Source: an uncultured bacterium (GTDB lineage Bacteria; Patescibacteriota; JABMPQ01; CAVVCK01). Taken from it: a stretch of DNA of 64,000 nt. The notes under the pieces are model-generated. The model ran no database searches and was not told where the DNA came from. It saw only the letters and a program-made list of their open reading frames with translations. Both the position numbers and the translations under genes were made by a program. Positions 18,953 through 31,601 of this stretch are shown piece after piece (positions within the stretch are counted from its first letter, which is position 1; each line of letters opens with the position of its first letter). The DNA lies in assembly GCA_963746775.1 (NCBI GenBank), contig CAVVCK010000002.1, positions 303,592 through 367,591 of the forward strand, written 5' to 3'.

Positions 18953-19672
18953 TCACTGCCCCCTAGCCAATACTAATCCCCAAATCTCTTTTGGATTAAG
19001 TTTATCAATTTCTTTGGCACACTCCTCTAATGTTGAGCTAGTTGTACAAACATCATCTATTATAAATACTAATTTGTTCTCTAAGCTAAAATTATTATTT
19101 ATTTCAAAAGCCCCTTTAATATTTTTTCTTCTGGTTAATGAATCCTGTTTGGCTTGTGACTTGGTATTTTTAACTCTTTTAATAACACTATTTCTGACTT
19201 CTACTCCGATTTTATTACCTAACTCCCTAGCTATTAAACTAGCTTGATTGAAACCTCTTTCCCTTTCTCTTTTTCTGTGCAGGGGAATAGGAATTAAAAT
19301 AATATTTTTTAAGTTTACTTTATTTTCTTTTTGCCAAATTTTAAATCCTTTTTGTAATATAACGGCTAAAGGTTTGCTTAAATCTTGAATAAATTTATAT
19401 TTCATAAGATGAACAGCTTTTTGTAAAAGCTTATCTTCATAAGTACCGGCTATAATTATCCCCTTCATTTTTGAATAAACATTGCATTTATCACAATATG
19501 ATCCATCTATATTTTTAGAAAAACATTTGGGACAAGCTTGGTTCTTTTTAATTTTTATTCTTTCAAAACATTTTTTACAAATCCATTCCCCTTCTTTGTC
19601 GCAACCTATGCATTTTACAGGAAACAAAATGTCTAAAATAAAATTATAAATTTTCCCTAGCGTCTCCTTCAT
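18953..19672 (-). CDS. comF: ComF family protein
   Basis: Double zinc ribbon, PIPLH, RGFNQA, IDDVCTT PRTase motif. Confidence 0.95.
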   Translation of the reverse strand: MKETLGKIYNFILDILFPVKCIGCDKEGEWICKKCFERIKIKKNQACPKCFSKNIDGSYCDKCNVYSKMKGIIIAGTYEDKLLQKAVHLMKYKFIQDLSKPLAVILQKGFKIWQKENKVNLKNIILIPIPLHRKRERERGFNQASLIARELGNKIGVEVRNSVIKRVKNTKSQAKQDSLTRRKNIKGAFEINNNFSLENKLVFIIDDVCTTSSTLEECAKEIDKLNPKEIWGLVLARGQ

Positions 19673-20249
19673 TGTTTTTTATTTTCTGATCTTCCGACAA
19701 GCTTCTATTAAATTTATATAGCCTTATTAAATAATCACCTAAACTAATACAACCAAAAAACAAAGTAGCATAAGCCATTACGGACCTATATGGCCAGCTA
19801 AAAAGATAAAAAACTCCAGTCGTATATATAAAAATTATAGTAAATTCAGCTACAATTAATTTCTCAGAAAATAATTCTCCTTTAGCAAAATAAATTAATA
19901 AGCAACCTGACAATCCTGTAAATAAAATAGCTAAATATGAATAAAAAGCAATACTAGGAAAGTTATGATAATGAAAAATAAATAATATCGTAAACAGCAC
20001 CAAAAAAGTATCCGCCATTTGTTCTAAAATCAAGCCTAGTTTTGTTTTTTGATTTAATTTACGAGCTAAGAACCCATCTAATTTATCTGATAATACTCCA
20101 CCTACAAACAACCATTTAATTATATGTGTTTTATAGTTTAAAAAAGTAAATATTAAAATCAAGAAAGCAACTAAAATTCTGCCTGTTGTTATTATATTTG
20201 GTATTTTCAAAAAATCCTTATGTTTTATTTCTTCATCTATATTCGTCAT
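19644..20249 (-). CDS. CDP-alcohol phosphatidyltransferase family protein
   Basis: IPNIITTGR, DKLDGFLARKLNQKTKLGLILEQMAD. Confidence 0.85.
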   Translation of the reverse strand: MTNIDEEIKHKDFLKIPNIITTGRILVAFLILIFTFLNYKTHIIKWLFVGGVLSDKLDGFLARKLNQKTKLGLILEQMADTFLVLFTILFIFHYHNFPSIAFYSYLAILFTGLSGCLLIYFAKGELFSEKLIVAEFTIIFIYTTGVFYLFSWPYRSVMAYATLFFGCISLGDYLIRLYKFNRSLSEDQKIKNNEGDARENL

Positions 20250-20701
20250 TTTGACAATTTTTCTTTTACTAATTTACTAACTAAATTCCCATCCGCCTTC
20301 CCCTTCAATTCTGCCATCACCTTCCCCATCACTTTTCCAAAATCAGCTGCACTAGCTGCTCTGGTATCAGCTATCACTTTTCCCACTATTTTACCAACTT
20401 CTTCTTCTGACATTTGTTCTGGCATATAATTTTTTAAAATCTCTAACTCTTTTTCTTCTTTGGCTGCTAGTTCATCCCTGCCGCCAGATTTGAAAGACTC
20501 AATAGAATCATTTCTTTTCTTTGCTTCAGAAGCTACAACTTGTCCTATTTCCTCATCAGACAAACCCTCTCTTTTCTTTAATTCTATTTCTTTATTTTTT
20601 ATAGCTGATTGTAGCATACGTAAAACTGAAACCCTGTTTTCTTCTTTAGCTTTTAGAGATGTTATTAGATCTTTTTTTATTTGGTCTTGTAGATTTGACA
20701 T
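20246..20701 (-). CDS. GatB/YqeY domain protein
   Basis: LRMLQSAIKNKEI, YMPEQMSEEE, DFGKVMG, GKADG. Confidence 0.95.
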   Translation of the reverse strand: MSNLQDQIKKDLITSLKAKEENRVSVLRMLQSAIKNKEIELKKREGLSDEEIGQVVASEAKKRNDSIESFKSGGRDELAAKEEKELEILKNYMPEQMSEEEVGKIVGKVIADTRAASAADFGKVMGKVMAELKGKADGNLVSKLVKEKLSK

Positions 20702-20777
20702 GTTTTATATTATTAAATGTTTAATTTTTATATTAATAAATATATGATATAATATTTCCAAAAATAAATCCAATAAA

Positions 20778-22079
20778 ATGAAAAACCAAACCAAAATTAT
20801 CATAGCTATTGTAGCTATAATAGCAGTTTTAATTATTGCTAGCGGCAGCTACGCAGCTTATTATTTTCTTCTTAGAGACAAAGGAAATAATAATACCCAG
20901 TCAGAAACACTTACTGAGAAACTTGGCCTAACAGAAAAAAATAATGTCAAAGAACCAGAAATAATCACTGTCGAACAAAAACCTGGAGAAGAAATAAAAG
21001 AAGAGAATACTACAAATGAATCTATTGATTCTGAAAAAAGTGATTCAGACAGTAGTATTCAAAATTCCAGTACAACTCCTATAGATGAAAATGATTCAGA
21101 TGGTGATGGCTTAACAGATACTGAGGAAGCTAAATATAAAACTGATCCTAACAAAATTGACACTGATGATGACGGCTATTCTGATTATTTGGAAATAAAA
21201 TCTGGCAATAATCCTCTTAAAGCTCCAGAAAAAAAGGAAGAAACAGAAACTACTCCTCCAGCTATATCAGAAGAAAATACAAACAGTGATACTACTCAAA
21301 CATATACTGATCCTCAAGAAAAAATGTATGTTTTCTTTATGCACCACTCTACCGGCGAGATATACTGGAATAGTGGGCTAAATCAAGCTTTATTTGGTCA
21401 TAATTATGAAGGTTATGCTCCTTGGTGGGATGGCAATACTGATCCTCAGGATTTTTACAATGAGTTTAGTGATGAAAGTAAGTGGAAAATTATTGCCAAT
21501 GACAATATGCCTGATGGAAAAACTAGAAATATTGTGCTTTTTAAATCTTGTTTCCCCGCTAGTAACATAGAAAGTGATGAAATGTTAGAAGAATATAAAA
21601 CTAATTACAAAAAGTTATTTGCTATCTATGCTGCTCATCCTGATATACTATTTGTTCCTATGTCCACTCCTCCCTTGCTGCAAGTAAATACTACAGCTGA
21701 TAATGCCAAGAGAGCACAAGATTTTGAAAATTGGCTGATAGCTGGTTATGTAGCTGACTATACCAAATACTCTCAAAATAATTTAACTTATAATACTAAA
21801 GATTATAATATCGGTGGGTTTAGAATTCCTCGAGGACTATTTTCTATACCTAAAAATAAGCAGATTTCAGACGCTATCACTCAAGCCTCTATTACGAGTA
21901 CTAATTTAGCTCCTTTTCCTCTACACTCCCTCTTAGCCAATTCCAATGGTTATTTAGCCTCAAGCTATCAATCAGATCCAGCAGATGATCATCCCAATGA
22001 TAAATCAGGAGAAGTAGTTGGTGAGGCTATGTGGAAACATTTAAATAAGGCAATTGTTGAAGCTTCCATGGTGGAGTAG
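20778..22079 (+). CDS. membrane-anchored protein with TSP3-like repeats and putative SGNH-like hydrolase domain
   Basis: N-terminal TM, DSDGDGLTD, FFMHHSTG, FKSCFP, STPP, DDHPN. Confidence 0.65.
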   Translation: MKNQTKIIIAIVAIIAVLIIASGSYAAYYFLLRDKGNNNTQSETLTEKLGLTEKNNVKEPEIITVEQKPGEEIKEENTTNESIDSEKSDSDSSIQNSSTTPIDENDSDGDGLTDTEEAKYKTDPNKIDTDDDGYSDYLEIKSGNNPLKAPEKKEETETTPPAISEENTNSDTTQTYTDPQEKMYVFFMHHSTGEIYWNSGLNQALFGHNYEGYAPWWDGNTDPQDFYNEFSDESKWKIIANDNMPDGKTRNIVLFKSCFPASNIESDEMLEEYKTNYKKLFAIYAAHPDILFVPMSTPPLLQVNTTADNAKRAQDFENWLIAGYVADYTKYSQNNLTYNTKDYNIGGFRIPRGLFSIPKNKQISDAITQASITSTNLAPFPLHSLLANSNGYLASSYQSDPADDHPNDKSGEVVGEAMWKHLNKAIVEASMVE

Positions 22080-22102
22080 AATTTATTGGTCTTAATATAC
22101 AA

Positions 22103-22130
22103 AAAATCCCACTAGATATAGTGGGATTTT
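22103..22130. terminator. bidirectional terminator
   Basis: AAAATCCCACTA-gata-TAGTGGGATTTT between convergent genes. Confidence 0.85.
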
Positions 22131-22151
22131 AAATTTAAGTAAAATAAATAC

Positions 22152-23093
22152 TTAAAATAATTGCAACCATCCTTCCGCTGCACTAGCGCAATAATAATAT
22201 CTATTAGCGCTTCCTTGCCCTCCTATAGCTGTTGTACTAAATATTAAGTCTCCTTTATGATCATCAGTACATGCGTATGGCTGGCCATCTCTTGGTTTAA
22301 TGTTAACAATACTATCCAGTTTTAAAGATGCCGAATCATCTTCTTCACAGCCTAAACGACTTGTATCATTTGTTCCACATATTTCGCCATCCATTTGTAT
22401 TCTATCATGAATAAATACATTGCCATGAAGACTTGTACCATAATTTACATTTAAATTACCCGCATCAATTACTTGGCCTATTATTTGACCTTGTGATGAA
22501 AGAGAGATTGAAGGTGTAGTTGATGAAACGTCTGTATTATATATAAATACACCATTTTCCCACCATCCATCTCCACTATCACGCAGATCACTGTTGCCCC
22601 AAATCTCTATTGCTTTATTGGTTTTTACTGTACCAGTAAAATATCCATTTCTCCACCGATTACTATCCGTACCCAAATCATAAGCTCCATTAACACTGGG
22701 CTGTATGCTATCAGCAAACTTGACTGCGCCATATCCCCTGGAAATTTCACCATCTACTCTTAGGTTATCAGCAATAATAACTGGATCTCCTCCTAATCCC
22801 AGCCTATCTATCCTTCCATTTACTCTTAAATCATCACCTATTGTTACGGGAAAATTTCCTACTCTAGTTCTGGTTGGATCTGTTTCTGTTGCGCTCTGAT
22901 CATTAATAATAGTGCCATTTAAGTAAGAAACTCCTCTAACTTTTAAGTCTGAGGCATATATTGACGAATAAGTAGGACCTAACGCCTCTGCCGGTTGAAG
23001 CACGTTATCTTCACTAGCAGAAACAGAACCCAAGACTAGGAAAACACCAAAAATAATTCCCAAACCTAAAACTATACTTTTCCAATTTTTCAT
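22152..23093 (-). CDS. secreted beta-rich fibre/adhesin-like protein
   Basis: Signal peptide; repeated DDLRVNG/DNLRVDG; YDLGTDSNRWRNGYF; Cys-containing C-terminus; GGAGGTGA RBS. Confidence 0.65.
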   Translation of the reverse strand: MKNWKSIVLGLGIIFGVFLVLGSVSASEDNVLQPAEALGPTYSSIYASDLKVRGVSYLNGTIINDQSATETDPTRTRVGNFPVTIGDDLRVNGRIDRLGLGGDPVIIADNLRVDGEISRGYGAVKFADSIQPSVNGAYDLGTDSNRWRNGYFTGTVKTNKAIEIWGNSDLRDSGDGWWENGVFIYNTDVSSTTPSISLSSQGQIIGQVIDAGNLNVNYGTSLHGNVFIHDRIQMDGEICGTNDTSRLGCEEDDSASLKLDSIVNIKPRDGQPYACTDDHKGDLIFSTTAIGGQGSANRYYYCASAAEGWLQLF

Positions 23094-23138
23094 TTATTTT
23101 CACCTCCCTTCATATAATTTTACTTTAATTTATACCTT

Positions 23139-23182
23139 ATTCTAACACCCCCCCCTATTTGTCTAGAATTATGTGTGGATAA
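23139..23182 (-). promoter_or_regulatory. promoter with G8 spacer tract and upstream DnaA box
   Basis: TTATCCACA...TAGACA-aata-GGGGGGGG-tgt-TAGAAT. Confidence 0.6.
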
Positions 23183-23193
23183 AAATAGCAGCA

Positions 23194-23245
23194 CCAACCT
23201 CCCAGGTTGGCAATTTAAAAAAAGACCAACCCGGAGGGGTTGGTC
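23194..23245. repeat. doublet of REP-like hairpins
   Basis: CCAACCT-ccc-AGGTTGG and GACCAACCC-ggag-GGGTTGGTC. Confidence 0.7.
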
Positions 23246-23270
23246 CTACAATTTAAGTTTTATTTGTTTT

Positions 23271-23960
23271 CTAAGAAAATCTTTTCAAAAACTTCCAAGA
23301 AAAAATATAATTTTTATTCACTTTCAGGCTTCTAATTTTTATATACTGAGTTATCCTATTTAACAAGCTATTTATAACTAAGAAACTAGCCCAAGTACCT
23401 ATGGCAAATAATCCTCTTTCCATCAATACTGTTGGAATTAAACCTGTCCAAACTATTGCTGGCAAATTAAGAGCATATAAAAACGCTACTGATCCAATAG
23501 CATGCGCTGTAAAAGTAGCACCTAGGCTATTTAAAATAAGTCTATCTTTCTTAAATAAGGCTATAATAGGAATTAACCAAAACAAAGCAAAATACCAAGC
23601 CTGCCTTCCTTCTGGATGTGCCCAGAATAAAATCATGCAGATTGTAGGTATAATTGATATTTTTTTAGACTTAGTGCCGAAATACAAAGCGGCCGCTGCC
23701 ATAGGAAAAAAACGAATAATAGTCAACCAATCCAACCCTTTTCCAGTAAATAAAAATTCTGATATTTTTACTAGCACCACTGACAAAGCTGCCGGCCAAG
23801 CGCCCAAAATCATCCCACCAATTGGTCCCATAAAATCAAAAAGGCTAAAAGATTGGCTAGAGCCTATAATATTAGTAAAAGGAATCTTCAAGGCAATGAA
23901 ACCTAAAACAGCGAAGATAGCTATAAATGAAATTTTTCTTAATATTTTATTGTTTTTCAT
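23271..23960 (-). CDS. multi-TM membrane protein, possibly ECF S-component-like
   Basis: About six hydrophobic helices; PIGGMILGAWPA segment. Confidence 0.55.
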   Translation of the reverse strand: MKNNKILRKISFIAIFAVLGFIALKIPFTNIIGSSQSFSLFDFMGPIGGMILGAWPAALSVVLVKISEFLFTGKGLDWLTIIRFFPMAAAALYFGTKSKKISIIPTICMILFWAHPEGRQAWYFALFWLIPIIALFKKDRLILNSLGATFTAHAIGSVAFLYALNLPAIVWTGLIPTVLMERGLFAIGTWASFLVINSLLNRITQYIKIRSLKVNKNYIFSWKFLKRFS

Positions 23961-24054
23961 TAATTAAAGTTAAAAAGTAGATTATTTATGGATTACAATT
24001 TTACATCTTTAATTACAACATAATTTTTTATTCTAAATACTAGATTCTACCTTA

Positions 24055-25386
24055 CTAATTATTATCATTTCTCTTCTCTAACTGTATCGTCATAGTCTTC
24101 TCCTCTCCCTTATGCCATATTTTTAATTCTATTTCTTCTCCAATTTTATGTTTATTAATAAGTTTAACTAACGTGTTTTTACTATCTACTTTCTCTCCTG
24201 CTACTTCTAAAATTATATCATTTTCTACAATACCAGCTTTATCTGCCGGGCTACCAGGAACTACTGCTAATTCATCACTTCCTGTCCCACGAGCAACTAA
24301 AGCACCATAATCATATGACAGATTATTTGATTTTGCAATGCTCTGATCAATCATCTGGTAGCGAACTCCTAAATATGGTGTAGAAATTTCTCCATTCTTC
24401 TGAGCACTCTCTATATCAATTTTAGCATCATTTACTGGCATAGCAAAACCTATTAATTGCCCTGAAGAATCTATAGCTGTATTTATACCAATAACTTGCC
24501 CAGCTATATTAATCAAAGGACCTCCGGAATTGCCTGGATTAATAGCTGCATCTGTCTGAATAATGTTACTTAAATCTTCCGTAGATTGTCCAGTATTATC
24601 ACCAGCTGTAATAGCTCTACCTAAGCCTGAAACAACACCTTTAGTAACCGTATTATGGTACTCACCTAGAGCATAACCTATAGCAATTACAGTTTGTCCT
24701 ATTTGCAGAGAATCAGAATCTCCTAATTCAACTGGAGTTAGATTGGAGGCATCTATTTTTAAGATAGCCATATCATTTACTGGGTCTTTAGCTAAAACCC
24801 TAGCTTCATATTGTTGTTCATCATTAGTGATAACTGTATATTTTACATCGCTGAAGCTTACAACATGCTTATTAGTAAGTATTAAACCGTCAGTCGAAAT
24901 AATAAAGCCCGATCCCCCACCAATCTTTTGTGATTCTGTATCTCCACTGGAATCAGAATTATTATCAGGAGTTTGTTGATTTGGAGTTTGATCATTTAAT
25001 CCAAAACCATTAAAGAAATCATTAAAAAATGGATCATTAAAAGGACTCTGATACTGTTGCTGATATAATTTTTCTACATCTTGAGAAACTACAATACTAA
25101 CTACTGAAGGTTCTACTTTTTTTACAGCCTCAATCGTTTCCGATTCTTCTTGAACTGTAACATTCTGTTGTATAATTGGTTGTTCTTTCTTTATGTATTT
25201 TTGATAGAGAGCAATACCTATACCAGAAAAAGCAAAACCACCGATAGAGCTTACTACGAAACTTATAATTACCGTAATTGTAATTACTCCACAATAGCCA
25301 GGCCTTTTCTTTGATTTTTTGGGCTTTTCTGATTTTATAGTGCTAGGTGCTGTCAGAGGTGTTGGGTTAGATGTGTTATTTTCCAT
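24055..25386 (-). CDS. htrA: HtrA/DegP serine protease with one PDZ domain
   Basis: LTNKHVV, DMAILKI, DAAINPGNSGGPL, PGSPADKAG. Confidence 0.97.
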   Translation of the reverse strand: MENNTSNPTPLTAPSTIKSEKPKKSKKRPGYCGVITITVIISFVVSSIGGFAFSGIGIALYQKYIKKEQPIIQQNVTVQEESETIEAVKKVEPSVVSIVVSQDVEKLYQQQYQSPFNDPFFNDFFNGFGLNDQTPNQQTPDNNSDSSGDTESQKIGGGSGFIISTDGLILTNKHVVSFSDVKYTVITNDEQQYEARVLAKDPVNDMAILKIDASNLTPVELGDSDSLQIGQTVIAIGYALGEYHNTVTKGVVSGLGRAITAGDNTGQSTEDLSNIIQTDAAINPGNSGGPLINIAGQVIGINTAIDSSGQLIGFAMPVNDAKIDIESAQKNGEISTPYLGVRYQMIDQSIAKSNNLSYDYGALVARGTGSDELAVVPGSPADKAGIVENDIILEVAGEKVDSKNTLVKLINKHKIGEEIELKIWHKGEEKTMTIQLEKRNDNN

Positions 25387-25414
25387 ATTTTTTAGAAGTT
25401 ATTTGCTATTTAAA

Positions 25415-25519
25415 AATTTCTAATTTCCAATTACCAATAAAATGTTAAATATCTAATAAATTTTTAAAAATTTAACATTAAAAATTTTATTAGAAATTAG
25501 GTATTGGAAATTAAGAATT
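25415..25519. repeat. inverted arrays of degenerate 7-bp repeats
   Basis: (aatttct/aatttcc) array facing (tagaaat/tggaaat) array; overlaps gatA stop. Confidence 0.65.
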
Positions 25520-26998
25520 AAGTTTATTATTTTGACTTTTAATCCCTATATTTATCATTGGTTCTTCTTCATGCCATTTAGTATCTGCTTCATATGCTCC
25601 TGCTACTTCTAAAATCATTTTTTCATTATAGTAATTTCCAATTATCTGTAAACCACAAGGTAAATTATTAGAAAATCCACAAGGAATAGATATAGCTGGT
25701 AAGCCAGAAACAGAAGCCGGTACAGTTAATAAATCAGCCATATACATAGCCAAAGGATCATCAAATTTTGCTTCTAAATCAAAAGCTACAGTTGGCGTAG
25801 TCGGACCTACTATAAAATCTACTTTATTAAATACGGATTTAAAGTCATTTATTATTCGCGTTCTGACTTGTAGTGCTTTTTTATAATAAGCATCATAATA
25901 GCCAGAAGATAAAGCAAAAGTACCAATCATTATTCTTCTTTTTACTTCATCCCCAAAACCTTCTCTCCTAGATTTCAAGTAATTCTCAATTAAATTTTCT
26001 GATTTTCGGCTAGTATAGCCATAACGTATCCCATCATATCGAGCTAAATTTGAGCTAGCCTCACAGGGTAGGACTACATAATAGCAAGCTAGAGCATATT
26101 CCGAATGAGGCAAGCTTACTTCTTCTATTTTTGCACCTAAATCTTCTAATTTTTTAATAGCTTCTTCTGTTTTCTTTTTCACATCACTATTTATACCTTT
26201 TCCAAAAAATTCTTTGGGTACTCCACATTTTAAGCCTTTTATTTTAGGATAAAAATTATTGATCAATTCCGGTGAAGCTTCGTTGATACAAGTAGAATCA
26301 TTCTCATCTGGACCAGAAATAATATCAAATACTGTGGCTGCATCTTCTACGCTATTAGCAATAGGTCCAATTTGATCAAAACTAGAACAAAGTGAAGCTA
26401 GACCATAACGAGATACTCGTCCATAAGTAGGCTTAAGTGCTACCAAATTACAAAAAGCTGCTGGTTGTCTAATAGATCCACCTGTATCAGAGCCTAGAGC
26501 AAATACTGCCTCTCCCGAAGAAACTGCTGCTACTGACCCACCAGATGATCCACCAGGCACTTTTTTTAAATCCCAAGGATTTTTTGTTTTTTTAAAGGCT
26601 GAGGTTTCAGTTGAAGCTCCCATAGCAAACTCGTCCATATTGGTTTTGCCCAAGAAAACTGTTCCCTGCTCTTTTAATCTTTTTATAACCGTAGCGTCAT
26701 AAGAAGCAGTATAATTTTCCAACATCTTTGAAGCTGAAGTACATTTTACACCTTCAATTAATATATTATCTTTTATGGCACTAGGAATTCCTTCTAATAT
26801 ATTTATTTCCCCACCTTGAGAAATTTTTCTATCAACGTCTTTGGCTTGATTGATAGCCATATCTTCAGTTATAGTTAAAAATGAATCAACCTTTGGTTCT
26901 AATTTTTTAATACTATCCAAATAAGATTGAGTTAACTCAACTGAAGAAATTTCTTTTTTATTTAATTTTTCGTGTAATTGTTTTATAGATTCTTTCAT
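25511..26998 (-). CDS. gatA: Asp-tRNA(Asn)/Glu-tRNA(Gln) amidotransferase subunit A
   Basis: GKTNMDEFAMG, PGGSSGGS, GSDTGGSIRQPA, YYDAYY. Confidence 0.99.
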   Translation of the reverse strand: MKESIKQLHEKLNKKEISSVELTQSYLDSIKKLEPKVDSFLTITEDMAINQAKDVDRKISQGGEINILEGIPSAIKDNILIEGVKCTSASKMLENYTASYDATVIKRLKEQGTVFLGKTNMDEFAMGASTETSAFKKTKNPWDLKKVPGGSSGGSVAAVSSGEAVFALGSDTGGSIRQPAAFCNLVALKPTYGRVSRYGLASLCSSFDQIGPIANSVEDAATVFDIISGPDENDSTCINEASPELINNFYPKIKGLKCGVPKEFFGKGINSDVKKKTEEAIKKLEDLGAKIEEVSLPHSEYALACYYVVLPCEASSNLARYDGIRYGYTSRKSENLIENYLKSRREGFGDEVKRRIMIGTFALSSGYYDAYYKKALQVRTRIINDFKSVFNKVDFIVGPTTPTVAFDLEAKFDDPLAMYMADLLTVPASVSGLPAISIPCGFSNNLPCGLQIIGNYYNEKMILEVAGAYEADTKWHEEEPMINIGIKSQNNKLNS

Positions 26999-27037
26999 TT
27001 TTTATATTACTAATCTCTATTTACTACTAACTAAACC

Positions 27038-27325
27038 CTAATTCAATACCGCTCTTACCTTCACATACTTTCCATCATTTCCCGGTGCTGCTTTTACTAA
27101 CTTTTCTTCTTTTCCAAATTTCTCCTCATTGTCACTTCTAAAACTATTTATTCTGCCGATAACCTGATAGGTAGGTTCAATGTTTTCCGTGTCTACTTCA
27201 TTTAATTTTTCTACAAAATTTAAAATAGTAGTCAGTTCTTCTGCATATTTTTCTTTATCTTGCTCAGTTAGCTCAATACGAGCTAATTTGGCAATATGTT
27301 CTACTTTTTCTTTTTCTAATTTCAT
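27038..27325 (-). CDS. gatC: amidotransferase subunit C
   Basis: VEHIAKLARIEL, LNEVDTENIEPT; upstream of gatA. Confidence 0.95.
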   Translation of the reverse strand: MKLEKEKVEHIAKLARIELTEQDKEKYAEELTTILNFVEKLNEVDTENIEPTYQVIGRINSFRSDNEEKFGKEEKLVKAAPGNDGKYVKVRAVLN

Positions 27326-27330
27326 TAGTT

Positions 27331-27411
27331 TCGATGCTAATATACTAATACATACTAATTATACGAATGAATTATTAGTATAATTCACATCAATTCGTAT
27401 ATTAGTATCGA
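27331..27411. repeat. imperfect inverted repeat built from short tandem units
   Basis: TCGATGCTAATATACTAAT ... ATTCGTATATTAGTATCGA with internal (atactaat/atacgaat) units. Confidence 0.7.
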
Positions 27412-27423
27412 TTTATATTATAC

Positions 27424-30372
<2,949 letters not shown>

Positions 30373-30388
30373 AATATTATTTTTAAAA

Positions 30389-30519
30389 AATTCATCTAAT
30401 TCATCTAATTCATCTAAGGCCTAATTCACCTAATAAAAGGTTGAATAACAAAATATTAAATATTTTTTAAATTTATTAATTTGACTTTTAGTTATTTTAT
30501 TAGGTGAATTAGATGAATT
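30389..30519. repeat. 9-bp tandem repeats with inverted copy
   Basis: (AATTCATCT)x3, CTAATTCACCTAATAAAA 30421-30438 and its reverse complement 30495-30512. Confidence 0.8.
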
Positions 30520-30548
30520 GGAAATTAGCTTTTTTACCTACAGTTCAA

Positions 30549-31343
30549 TCATCCTATCAATCCAAGATACCACCCAAAAATAACCTCTCCAAAAAACATA
30601 CTTATAAACGTTCCAACTACTAAAAAGGTTCCCATAGGAACTTTTTCTTTTAACTTTTTCTTTTTAGAAACTAATAAAATAACCCCAATTATAGCTCCAA
30701 TCACATAGGAAAAAAATAGCATGACTAAGGCCTCTGGCCAGGATAAAATTATGCCTAAAAATATTCCAAATTTTACATCTCCTGCCCCTATCCATTTGCC
30801 TTTTGATAATAAATATAAAATTAAAAAAAATCCAAATACTAAAAATATTGAAAATACGTGAGTTATTATAAATTCTAAAGACTTAGTGTAAAATGATTCA
30901 AAAATTATATCTAAAATACCAATTATTATGCCTGAAAATAAAATTCTATCGAGTATTAAATAATATTTTAAATCATAAATAAAAATCGTAATCAGAATAA
31001 CTGCAAAAATATATCTTACTGATAAATTTATAATTGACACAAGTGAACTATCAATTAAATTATTCTCATTAATAAATTTAATAAATAATAATACAAAAAT
31101 TATTCCTGTAACAAATTCAACTAAAGGATATTGCCAACTAATTTTACTTTTACAATATCTGCATTTTCTCCCCAGAAAGATAAAACTAAAAATAGGTATT
31201 AAATCAAAGAAACCTAATTTATGATGACATTTAGTACACTCAGACCTATCCCACATGCTCATTTCTTCATAAAGTCGATAAACTAGAGCATTTATAAAGC
31301 TCCCCATACACAAACCTATTGTAAATATAAATAAAAACGTCAT
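30549..31343 (-). CDS. pilD: prepilin peptidase
   Basis: GSFINALVYR, CxxC pairs, DLIPIFS, GAGDVK, PMGTFL. Confidence 0.95.
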   Translation of the reverse strand: MTFLFIFTIGLCMGSFINALVYRLYEEMSMWDRSECTKCHHKLGFFDLIPIFSFIFLGRKCRYCKSKISWQYPLVEFVTGIIFVLLFIKFINENNLIDSSLVSIINLSVRYIFAVILITIFIYDLKYYLILDRILFSGIIIGILDIIFESFYTKSLEFIITHVFSIFLVFGFFLILYLLSKGKWIGAGDVKFGIFLGIILSWPEALVMLFFSYVIGAIIGVILLVSKKKKLKEKVPMGTFLVVGTFISMFFGEVIFGWYLGLIG

Positions 31344-31394
31344 ATTAATTCAAAATTTTGATTTTCAAATTTATTTAATTTTATCATAAATAAA

Positions 31395-31540
31395 CTACGT
31401 ATGAAAGATATCACTGTAAGATGACAAATAACCATTTATAAACCAAATACAAATTTCTGTAGTTTTATTATAATTATAATCCATGTATTAAATTCATACG
31501 TGGTAAAATAGATTCTAAACATCCAAGCTTTCATACGTAG
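31395..31540. mobile_element. MITE-like element, copy 1
   Basis: 13-bp TIR CTACGTATGAAAG/CTTTCATACGTAG flanked by TAAA direct repeat. Confidence 0.7.
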
Positions 31541-31545
31541 TAAAC

Positions 31546-31576
31546 AAAAAACGGTAACTAATTAGATTACCGTTTT
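31546..31576 (-). terminator. pilin gene terminator
   Basis: AAAAAACGGTAA-ctaattaga-TTACCGTTTTT. Confidence 0.8.
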
Positions 31577-31601
31577 TATGTTTTATTATCAAAATTACAG
31601 G

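Noticed and set aside
9715-23093. Prophage suggested by baseplate-like and fibre-like genes
   Set aside because: No capsid, terminase, portal or integrase; both proteins carry TM or signal peptides among housekeeping genes
23401-23967. 188-aa plus-strand ORF and the other short antisense or nested ORFs in the track
   Set aside because: Shadows of well-supported genes; no motifs or RBS
25511-27325. gatCA without gatB
   Set aside because: gatB is often unlinked; cannot be judged from one window
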